A DNA stretch of 64,000 bases, taken from IMG/VR virus record IMGVR_UViG_3300049845_000291, positions 88,209 to 152,208 of that record; one strand, 5' to 3'. The first letter of the stretch is position 1. Each line of letters begins with the position of its first letter. This DNA comes from a virus. The notes under the pieces were generated by a model. It was not told the DNA's origin and made no database searches. It saw nothing but the letters and a program-made list of their open reading frames with translations. This document shows positions 38,461-46,888 of the stretch, in pieces. Position numbers and translations under genes: made by a program.

Positions 38461-39424
38461 CGTGCATGGCTTCATCACGTTCACCAAAACACATTAGCAC
38501 GAGATTCTGCCAATAAGGTGTAAGCAATTCCCATGCGCCAACGTCCTCAAACGCGAAATCCTTGCTGGCACCGGCAGCCTGCCAAGCAGCTTCAATTCCA
38601 ACAAGCCCCGTGAGAATTTCATCTGAAAAAACGTCCATCTTGATCATCGGCATCTCAAGTGCGCGTTCGTCTTTGATGATGGCCTCAGCCATAGAAAAAT
38701 GGCGCGAGTAAATGTGCATCGAGCCAGCGTTGTGGTAGTACACGCCAAGCTCCAGATCAGGCCAGTGCCGACGAAGCTCGAGCATCATGGCCTCCTGCAG
38801 CATGGTGAACTGGAAGACATCGTTCGTGAACCCGAGGATGATGTCGTTCGATCGCATGTTCACGATCAGGTGCAGCCGGTTCTCACGAATCAACCACTGC
38901 AGCGTGAAGGTGCAGGGCACGTCCTTGTTGCCCACGTGCCGATCACTCGGCACGTGGATGCTCATCACGGCTTGACGGGTGTCCTTGTCGCGGGCCAGGG
39001 CCAGGATGGTCTCCTGCCACTGGTTGATGGGCTCAGGCTTGGACAGCGTGCTGGCTTTGGTGCTGAATGCAGGCAGCTTACTGTGTCCGAACAGCCGGGT
39101 GCCGTAGTTCGAGTTCACGGTACCGGCGGGATAGAGCTCATTGTCACCTAGGTTCCGAATGCCGTCCCAGAACTTGGCGTACGGCAGAATGCCGGCTGGG
39201 TCGTTTGAGCCGCTGATGTACCAGATGAACTCGCCAAGCAAGTACTTCAGGCTGGTCTTGCGGTCGGCATAGTTGATGATCCGATTTCGTGGATCACCGA
39301 GCGTGATGTTGTAGTTCAGGAGCTCCTTCGTCGTGGTGCCCCGTGGGTGCGATTCCATACCGTGATGCATCAGATGCATCAGGCAGGTGCGAAAGTCATG
39401 ATTGAGTTGGTTGTTTTGCTGCAT
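38417..39424 (-). CDS. dCMP hydroxymethylase-like thymidylate-synthase paralog (T4 gp42-like)
   Basis: VNSNYG, DTRQA, DVPCT..LQWLIR, VNMRSND...GFTND (Asp), NAGSMHIYSRHF, compared with T4 gp42 MRSND..FGFRND and GSLHVYSRHF. Confidence 0.85.
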   Translation of the reverse strand: MQQNNQLNHDFRTCLMHLMHHGMESHPRGTTTKELLNYNITLGDPRNRIINYADRKTSLKYLLGEFIWYISGSNDPAGILPYAKFWDGIRNLGDNELYPAGTVNSNYGTRLFGHSKLPAFSTKASTLSKPEPINQWQETILALARDKDTRQAVMSIHVPSDRHVGNKDVPCTFTLQWLIRENRLHLIVNMRSNDIILGFTNDVFQFTMLQEAMMLELRRHWPDLELGVYYHNAGSMHIYSRHFSMAEAIIKDERALEMPMIKMDVFSDEILTGLVGIEAAWQAAGASKDFAFEDVGAWELLTPYWQNLVLMCFGERDEAMHVIFGVPEHEDQTNA

Positions 39425-39450
39425 GGTGATACCTCATGAGATTTTTGTCA

Positions 39451-39461
39451 ATTGTAACCGA
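39451..39461 (-). promoter_or_regulatory. Promoter core TCGGTTACAAT
   Basis: Identical to 19201-19211; GAGG SD downstream. Confidence 0.6.
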
Positions 39462-39498
39462 TCTGGAGTCCAACTCGCCCTTGAGTAAGGATCAGCGT

Positions 39499-39505
39499 CT
39501 AAATA
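39499..39505 (+). promoter_or_regulatory. Late promoter CTAAATA
   Basis: Upstream of a fibre gene that has a GGAG SD. Confidence 0.65.
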
Positions 39506-39533
39506 GGTGAAACCAACTCCACTCGGAGCGCAA

Positions 39534-42500
39534 ATGTCATTCAAGAACCTGACCGGTACCGCCCTGATCGGATACGGCCCAAATCTCCCGAGCTCCACGG
39601 CAACTCCTGATGGCAGCTTGTTCTACAAGACCGTGACCAATGTTGAGGGATCACGCGGGTTGTATGTGTTCGGCTTCATTCCAGACAATGACGCGGTCAC
39701 ACCCGGCGGACAGGTAGCACAGGGATGGACCCTGGCCGTGAACACCGCAGGTCTTGACGCAGACACCCTGGACGGCCAGGACAGCTCCGCTTTCCAGCCG
39801 GCCGACAGCGATTTGAGCGCGCTGGCAGGCACCAGCACCACCGGTTTCTACGTTCGGACTGGAACCGGCACCTCAGCAACAAGAACCCTGACTTTCGGTG
39901 CGGGTCTTTCTAGCACAAACGCCGCGGGTCTGTCAGGAAATCCGCTGATCTCGATTGACCAAGCCTCGTTGTCGCTTGGTAGCATTGGTGGTACACTACC
40001 TGTCACCAAGGGTGGAACTGGGTTGACGGCCGCGGTCGCTGGCGGCATTCTGTACGGCACAAGCACCTCGGCTGTTGCTTTCTTCCCGGCTGGCACTGCG
40101 ACCCAGGTGCTCACGAGCACAGGTTCGGGCTTGCTGTGGCAGGACCAATCTAACCTGGCGGTTGGTTCAGCGACAACCGCCAGCACCGCAACGTCCGCGA
40201 CCAGCGCAAACAACGCCGCGACGCTGACAACGACACGCACGTTCAACCTGTCCGGTGTCACGACAGGCGGCGCTCAGAACTTCAACGGTTCGCAGAACGT
40301 GACCATCACGATCACCGCGGTGCCAGCAAGCTTGCTGACTGGCACAATTGCAAGTGACCGGCTGTCGGGTACGTACACAAACGCCTCAATTGGTGGGTCA
40401 GCAGGTTCCGCAGCACAGCTCTCAACAGCGCGAACGATCTCGATCACTGGTGGTGTTTCAGGTTCGGCAACCTTCGATGGATCAGCAAACATCACGATCA
40501 ACACCACGCTGGATGGCGCGAACCACACGCACAGCCAGTACGCGGCGCTTGCTGGCGCCGACTTTACCGGTCCTGTTGACGTAGGTGCAAACATCATCTT
40601 GTCGGCATCAGCTGGTTCAGGCACCTTTACGCGGCTGATCGCCACCGAGGGAACCTCGGGTGCGGCAGCTGCTGACTCAGCAGCAGATACCCTGGTGTTG
40701 GAAAGCAACACAAGCGCCGGCATAACTTTCCGCACACCAAACGCGCAGTACGGAGCGCTGTACTTTGCTGACACCGGTTCAGCATCCTCTGGTCAACTGC
40801 GGTACACTCACAGCACAGATGCGTTCACCCTGTACACGGGTGGCTCATCGCGCTTTACCTTGAGCAACACGCTGCTTGATCTTTCGGTACCACTGACAAG
40901 CTCTGGCACCGTCACGGGTAGTAACCTGACCACGACGGGTGCTGTTACCGCTGGTTCTGTGAGTACGACAGGGGCCATCTCTGGTGGAAGTGTTTCAACA
41001 ACGGGTGCAGTGAGTGGTGGCACGGTGACAGCCACCACCTCGATCAGCACTGGCACGATCTCCCTGACGAGCTCTAACGGCCAAATCAGCGCAACGCGCA
41101 TGGTTCTGAGTGAAGGAGCATCAGGCTCAGTTACCCCATCAACAGCCGCTGATACGCTGGTAATCGAAAGTAGCGGCACTGTTGGTATGACCTTTAGGAC
41201 GCCAACGTCAACATCTGGCACCGACCACTTTGGCGCCATTTACTGGGCCGATCCAGCCTCTGCAGCTGCTGGTCAGATTCGGTACACCCACACCCCTGAC
41301 GCGTTCACAATGTACACGAACGGCGGTCTGCGTCTGACATTGAACAGCACAACTCTGCACACCACCGTGCCGATCGGCATTGGTACCGACTCGCCAGCAC
41401 GCGCGCTTGACGCTCGTTCTGGTTCGTTTGCCTCGAACCAGAACTTCGGCCTGCAGATCGCGAGCCCTGCGGCACAGTGGCGTGCGCAGTTCAACATCAA
41501 GTCCGATGGTGTTGGTTCTCCACGCACCACTATTGACGCAGTTGGTGGTAACTCGAGCGAGTTGAACGAGGTTGTAGCCTTCAACTCATCTGGTCGCATG
41601 CTGCTCCCGATGAATATCCCATCAACTACCACAAACACCGGTACGTTGGTGGTGACTGGCGGGGTTGGCATCTCTGAGAACCTCAGAGTTGGCGGTAACA
41701 TTTTTGGCAACGGTGCAAACATCACGTCGCTCGATGCAGACAACCTAACCACAGGCACCGTGGCCAACGAACGAATTTCGGGAGCGTACAACGGTTTCTC
41801 TGTCGTGACAGCTTCAACCGCGTTCATTGGGCCAGCGGGCGATAACAGCAACCCAACCTTTAGATTCTCAGGAGATGCCAATACGGGCATCTACCGCTCC
41901 GCTGCTAACACGATTGGATTTGCTAGCGCTGGCACACTGGTCGCAAGTATTGCTTCTGGTGGCAACATGACGCTCAATGGTCGAATCTTGGTTGGGCTAG
42001 GATCCAACTCGTTGCCATCTATCTCGTTTGGATCTGACGACAACACCGGCTTCTACCGAACAGGAACGGCTGACACCATCGGCGCGTCAGTTGGTGGTAC
42101 TCAGGTAGCGACCTTCAATGCGGCTGGCCTTTCAGTCGGCGGCACGACAGGTCTTACTGTGTCCGGGAAGGTGCTCGCGGCTATTGGTGATGCCACGGCT
42201 CCAACGATCTCCTTTAGTACAGACGATGACACTGGTTTCTTCAGGCCAGCCACAGCCAACACCATTGGTGTCACGGTGGGTGGAGCCCTGGAGGCAACCT
42301 TTAGCGCCACTGGACTTGACGTCAGTGGTAAGGTGCTCGTTGCAAACGGACTAGCCACTGCCCCGACTTTGACCTTTACGAACGACGACAACACGGGGTT
42401 CTTCCGACCAACCACGGCTGACACCCTTGGTGTCACGACAGGTGGCACCCTGGCCGCAACATTTGATGCAACGGGGAACTTCACGGCCGTTGGCAACGTC

Positions 42501-42797
42501 ACCGCTTACTCGGATCGGCGACTGAAGAAAGACATCGAGACCATTAGCTCGCCACTTAACCGCGTCAACACACTTCGTGGTGTGAACTTCACTCGTGTTG
42601 ATGGCGGCAAGCGTGGCACGGGTCTCATTGCTCAAGATGTCCAGAAGGTCCTGCCTGAGGCCGTGTTGACCGATGAAGAAGGCATGCTATCCGTCGCGTA
42701 CGGCAACATGGTTGGTCTGCTCGTTGAGGCCATCAAGGAACAGCAGCGTCAGATCGAAGAGCTGAAAGACCAAGTCGCCCAGCTTGCCCGAGGTTGA
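39534..42797 (+). CDS. Fibre protein with C-terminal peptidase S74 intramolecular chaperone
   Basis: Ser/Thr/Gly-rich; repeated P.ISF..DxxTGF.R modules; AYSDRRLKKDI...GLIAQDV...VAYGN...LVEAIKE. Confidence 0.88.
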   Translation: MSFKNLTGTALIGYGPNLPSSTATPDGSLFYKTVTNVEGSRGLYVFGFIPDNDAVTPGGQVAQGWTLAVNTAGLDADTLDGQDSSAFQPADSDLSALAGTSTTGFYVRTGTGTSATRTLTFGAGLSSTNAAGLSGNPLISIDQASLSLGSIGGTLPVTKGGTGLTAAVAGGILYGTSTSAVAFFPAGTATQVLTSTGSGLLWQDQSNLAVGSATTASTATSATSANNAATLTTTRTFNLSGVTTGGAQNFNGSQNVTITITAVPASLLTGTIASDRLSGTYTNASIGGSAGSAAQLSTARTISITGGVSGSATFDGSANITINTTLDGANHTHSQYAALAGADFTGPVDVGANIILSASAGSGTFTRLIATEGTSGAAAADSAADTLVLESNTSAGITFRTPNAQYGALYFADTGSASSGQLRYTHSTDAFTLYTGGSSRFTLSNTLLDLSVPLTSSGTVTGSNLTTTGAVTAGSVSTTGAISGGSVSTTGAVSGGTVTATTSISTGTISLTSSNGQISATRMVLSEGASGSVTPSTAADTLVIESSGTVGMTFRTPTSTSGTDHFGAIYWADPASAAAGQIRYTHTPDAFTMYTNGGLRLTLNSTTLHTTVPIGIGTDSPARALDARSGSFASNQNFGLQIASPAAQWRAQFNIKSDGVGSPRTTIDAVGGNSSELNEVVAFNSSGRMLLPMNIPSTTTNTGTLVVTGGVGISENLRVGGNIFGNGANITSLDADNLTTGTVANERISGAYNGFSVVTASTAFIGPAGDNSNPTFRFSGDANTGIYRSAANTIGFASAGTLVASIASGGNMTLNGRILVGLGSNSLPSISFGSDDNTGFYRTGTADTIGASVGGTQVATFNAAGLSVGGTTGLTVSGKVLAAIGDATAPTISFSTDDDTGFFRPATANTIGVTVGGALEATFSATGLDVSGKVLVANGLATAPTLTFTNDDNTGFFRPTTADTLGVTTGGTLAATFDATGNFTAVGNVTAYSDRRLKKDIETISSPLNRVNTLRGVNFTRVDGGKRGTGLIAQDVQKVLPEAVLTDEEGMLSVAYGNMVGLLVEAIKEQQRQIEELKDQVAQLARG

Positions 42798-42813
42798 GGT
42801 CGGCGACACCAGA

Positions 42814-42847
42814 ATCACCCGAGGGAGCTTGAAGCTCCCTCGGTGAT
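42814..42847. terminator. Stem-loop between convergent genes
   Basis: atcac-c-cgagggagct-tga-agctccctcg-gtgat. Confidence 0.6.
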
Positions 42848-42880
42848 ATGTCTTGTGTCCGAAGCTCCGGGTGTCACCGG

Positions 42881-43774
42881 TCACTCGTACGACTTCAGCT
42901 CGTCTGGGACCTTGAACTTCAGGCGCTTGATGTTACGAACGGCGTCCTTGAAGATCGCAGGCGCCTCGTCCTTCCGATGTCGCTTGATCAGCTCGATCAG
43001 TGACTCGACGCTCATGAGCTGGTTGGCATTGACCTTACCACCGAACAGGAGCTTAGCAAACTTCTCAGGATCACGAATGACATCAGGAGACTTGTCGAAA
43101 GTTTCCTTGCGCCCAAGTTCCTTGATGACCTGTTCTACCTGGTCTGGGTCGACCTTCTCAACACCCTTGACCCGGCCCTTGCCGTCCTTACGCTTAGGTG
43201 CGACCTTGAAGATCCGCTCAACCCCATCAATCAGCTTGTACGAGCGTGAAGCTCGAGCCACGTCATTTCCGTTCTCATCCTTGATGCGCACATCCTTGCC
43301 AGGCTCCATTGAGAACTTCAGCAGGCTGTGCAGCAGCTCGTTTCGAACGCCGCTCTTGTGCTTCGAGAACTCGGACGAGTGATGGGAGAACTTGGCCCAC
43401 TTCAGGTCAGGCACAAACATCAGATCGACCTGAACCTTCCTGCCATCAAAGGTCGGCACGGCAAATGAGTACGTGTTCCCACCGATCTCAACTGGCTTTG
43501 CGCCTGTGAGCTCGGTGAGCTTGTCTAATACGATCTGCCGATCGATCTCATCGGTCTGGATCGCAAGATCGACGTCTCCGCTCTCGTCCTGATGGCCATT
43601 GTACGTCAGACGTCCGGATCCTAGCAGCCGATCCTTCAGCTGCTCGACAGGCAAACCGGTGGCGGCTGACACGTGCTTGAAAGCCGCCACCATATCGCGT
43701 TTGGTAGCTGGCACGGTGCCAAGGCTCTTGGTTGCCTTGCCACCTTCTAACAGGAACTGTTTGAACGTGATCAT
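42881..43774 (-). CDS. Pol-beta-superfamily nucleotidyltransferase-like protein with putative capsid-targeting N-terminus
   Basis: LLGSG...SGDVDL...VQVDLM; N-terminus MITFKQFLLE; late promoter upstream. Confidence 0.65.
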   Translation of the reverse strand: MITFKQFLLEGGKATKSLGTVPATKRDMVAAFKHVSAATGLPVEQLKDRLLGSGRLTYNGHQDESGDVDLAIQTDEIDRQIVLDKLTELTGAKPVEIGGNTYSFAVPTFDGRKVQVDLMFVPDLKWAKFSHHSSEFSKHKSGVRNELLHSLLKFSMEPGKDVRIKDENGNDVARASRSYKLIDGVERIFKVAPKRKDGKGRVKGVEKVDPDQVEQVIKELGRKETFDKSPDVIRDPEKFAKLLFGGKVNANQLMSVESLIELIKRHRKDEAPAIFKDAVRNIKRLKFKVPDELKSYE

Positions 43775-43780
43775 GGTTCC

Positions 43781-43816
43781 TATTTAGAGGGGACCAGATT
43801 GACCGTGCACTAAATA
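43781..43816. promoter_or_regulatory. Back-to-back late promoters CTAAATA (43781-43787 minus, 43810-43816 plus)
   Basis: Each motif points toward its divergent ORF. Confidence 0.65.
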
Positions 43817-43841
43817 CAAGGTACCACAGCTCGGAAAGCTC

Positions 43842-46800
43842 ATGAAGATCTTCGGCATTCGTCTCCAAGAAGGCACCCAGATCACCAATTTGACGGTGGG
43901 CTCTGGAACCTCATTTCCCACCTCCCCGAATGAGGGTGAGCTCTTCTTTAGGTCAGATGCTAGTCTGCTGACTCGAGGTCTTTGGCTGTATGTTGGAGGA
44001 AACTGGGATCGAATTGCAAGCACTGACAGCTTGACTGTCCCGAACGGTGCTTCTCTTCCTGCGCAAGCCCAGGAAGGTGACATCTTCTTCAGGAACTCGA
44101 ACGACTCGAACGAGGGCCTGTACGTGTACTCCAACGGCGCTTGGGGTACCGTTGGCACGTCCGCAAATGAGCTTGAAGCCGAGATCTCAAAGTCAGTTCC
44201 TCCCGGTTCGATTGGGCAGGTACCATTCATCTCGGTTGATGGTACCCGTGAAACCGAGCAAGGGTACACGGTCATCCCTGGGCAGTTCATCGAAAGTGAC
44301 GCAGAGCTGACGGAAGCACAGACACGGATCGTCAGTCAAGAAGACATCTTCAATGAGTGGTACCGGTTCTCGCACCAAGCAAGCGCTGGCGGCACCCTGA
44401 CAAGAACCGCAAACGTTTCAAGATTCCAATTCACCTCATCGAATCTTGCAACAGTTTCTGCATCATTCCCAGTTGGTTCAACGATCCAAGTTGTCTCGGT
44501 AGGTAACCCAAGCTTCAACGGAACGTGGACGGTTAGCGCTGTTTCTGCTTCAGGCCAGAACCACGTGGTGTTCTGGAACCAGGAAGCGGCAGATGCAACC
44601 TCGGTAACTGGCATCATTCAGCTCGATAGCCTACAACCCGCTTACCCTGCCGAACTCACAGCATGGAGCTATGACGCGATCAATGATCGTGTTGTGTGTA
44701 CTGTCAACAGCGATTCTCACCTTGGTTTTATCAGCCAAAATCGCTTCTCATCGTACGAGCACGAGGTTGTACTGCGCTCAACCAATTCCGATGATGATAG
44801 CATTGGTGTCGTTCTGGCGTGGGCGGTTGTTGGTGGTCGAGAGTACACGCTGACTGCAATTCGCAGCACAGGTGGCCAGGGCTTTACGTGGCGGGTTGTT
44901 TACAACTTCAGTCGATCAGATTCGATTACCGTTCAAGACAAGACCACAGAGGTTAAGTGGGGCAACGGTGGATATGGCGCTACTGCTGGCGCGGCCGGGT
45001 ATGTCGCGAACGCAGCACTAGGTGGCTGGGATGATTTTCCAGCCGGCACACGAGTCAAGATCACACGCGACAACGATATCTTCACTGTCCAGACCTCTGA
45101 CCTTGGAGAAAGCACATACGTCTCGGCGGCGACAATTACCGTCGATTTGACTTCGGCGGCGTACCTTGAGAAGTTCCGTGGTCCGCGTGAGATTGGTTAC
45201 TCCACAAGCTCACAAGCCAGCAGCTCATTCGAGATCCTGAGCTTCAGTGACAGTGCGAACGACATCTACGACATTCGAAATGGCAACGTCTACAGGTACG
45301 TTGTTGACTCCTGGGAGCTGCAGCCATTCACCCTCACCGAGGCTATTGGCCCTGGTAAGCTGCTGTACGACATCTATACTGAGAAGCTGTTTTGGATGGA
45401 TCCGATTCTTGGCGCGACCAAGATCGGTGATCGATACGTGGCGCGCCATGGCGACACGATGGATGGACCATTGGTCGTCACCACCAATACCACGGAAACG
45501 GCTGTTAGGATCACACAGACAGGCGCAGGCGCAGCACTTCTTGTCGAGGATTCGGCCAACCCCGATAGCACCCCGTTCACTGTGTTGTCTGATGGCAAGG
45601 TGCTAATCGGATCTGACACAGTCAGGACCGCAAGCTCTGGTATTGTGCCTCAGTTGCAGTTGAACACAAACAACACGAACATTGGCGCCGCGTTCAACAT
45701 CTTTGGCACGACTGCTCTAGGTTCGGCGCTGTACTTCTTGAAGACCAGAAGCACTGTTCCAAGTGATCATTCTGCCGTGCTTTCAAATGACGCGCTTGGT
45801 AGCTTGATCTTTGAAGGATCTGACGGTGTTGGATTCTTCCGTGGTGCCTTGATTCAATCGGTCGTTGACGCCACGCCAGCAACCGGATCAGTTCCAGCTG
45901 CACTGGTGTTTAGCACGACGGCTGCTGGCGATGCATCTCCAACTGAACGCCTGCGGATCTCTTCAGCTGGTGCGCTTCGTGTCTCGAGCAGCTTTGGTAT
46001 TGCGGGACAGGTTCTGACAAGCCAAGGAAGCTCGGCTCCACCCCAATGGACCACACCACCTGGATCGGGCACCGTTACCTCAGTTGCGATCGAACCAGCT
46101 GGCGTTGGCATCTCAGTTAGCGGCTCTCCGATCACGAGCTCTGGCACGATCACCATCACGTCGAATGCGACGAACAGCAACACACCAAGCACCATTGTTG
46201 CTCGAGATGGATCTGGGAACTTCAGTGCTGGCGTCGTCACGGTCGGTCAGCTTTCACTCCCGTCGAATGCCAGCATTAGGACTTTCAGCTCCGGCGATCC
46301 AATCGTCAACGGTCTAACAACCAACTCCGATTTTGGTCTATTGATTGATGGCGTGTCCAATGGACACGTTGTGGTCGCGCTTGATTCGAACGACGATGAA
46401 GAGTCGTTCTACGTGATGTCGTACACCACCGACAACAGCACGTCAGCTAACAAAGCTATGACGAACGTGGCGCTGCGCGTCACGCGTCAGGGCAACATGA
46501 CCGTGTCAGGCTCAATGACCGGTACACAGGTCAATCTGCCAGTTTCTCAGACCGCAACCGCAACACTGACCACGAGCACCACGGCCGCTGGTCAAGTCCT
46601 GGCAACGTTCCCATCGGCTACATATCGAAGCGCCAAGTTCCTGGTTCAGATCTCATCTGGTACATCGCACCAGATCACTGAGCTGAACATGGTTCACAAT
46701 GGAACAACGGTGTTCATGACCGAATTCGGTACAGTGAACACCAGCAGCGATCTGGCAAGCTTTGCCGCTGACGTATCAGGTGGCAATGTTCGTCTTCTCA

Positions 46801-46859
46801 CGACGCCGGCCAACGCCGTCACAACTTACAAGGTGGTTCGCACGTCGATCACCGCTTAA
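43842..46859 (+). CDS. Large virion structural/fibre protein (1005 aa)
   Basis: P..P.EGELFFR repeats; central DDDSIGVV domain; C-terminal YRSAKFLVQI...HNGT domain. Confidence 0.78.
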   Translation: MKIFGIRLQEGTQITNLTVGSGTSFPTSPNEGELFFRSDASLLTRGLWLYVGGNWDRIASTDSLTVPNGASLPAQAQEGDIFFRNSNDSNEGLYVYSNGAWGTVGTSANELEAEISKSVPPGSIGQVPFISVDGTRETEQGYTVIPGQFIESDAELTEAQTRIVSQEDIFNEWYRFSHQASAGGTLTRTANVSRFQFTSSNLATVSASFPVGSTIQVVSVGNPSFNGTWTVSAVSASGQNHVVFWNQEAADATSVTGIIQLDSLQPAYPAELTAWSYDAINDRVVCTVNSDSHLGFISQNRFSSYEHEVVLRSTNSDDDSIGVVLAWAVVGGREYTLTAIRSTGGQGFTWRVVYNFSRSDSITVQDKTTEVKWGNGGYGATAGAAGYVANAALGGWDDFPAGTRVKITRDNDIFTVQTSDLGESTYVSAATITVDLTSAAYLEKFRGPREIGYSTSSQASSSFEILSFSDSANDIYDIRNGNVYRYVVDSWELQPFTLTEAIGPGKLLYDIYTEKLFWMDPILGATKIGDRYVARHGDTMDGPLVVTTNTTETAVRITQTGAGAALLVEDSANPDSTPFTVLSDGKVLIGSDTVRTASSGIVPQLQLNTNNTNIGAAFNIFGTTALGSALYFLKTRSTVPSDHSAVLSNDALGSLIFEGSDGVGFFRGALIQSVVDATPATGSVPAALVFSTTAAGDASPTERLRISSAGALRVSSSFGIAGQVLTSQGSSAPPQWTTPPGSGTVTSVAIEPAGVGISVSGSPITSSGTITITSNATNSNTPSTIVARDGSGNFSAGVVTVGQLSLPSNASIRTFSSGDPIVNGLTTNSDFGLLIDGVSNGHVVVALDSNDDEESFYVMSYTTDNSTSANKAMTNVALRVTRQGNMTVSGSMTGTQVNLPVSQTATATLTTSTTAAGQVLATFPSATYRSAKFLVQISSGTSHQITELNMVHNGTTVFMTEFGTVNTSSDLASFAADVSGGNVRLLTTPANAVTTYKVVRTSITA

Positions 46860-46888
46860 TTCAAGCTTGCTATAGAGGAAAGTGAATC

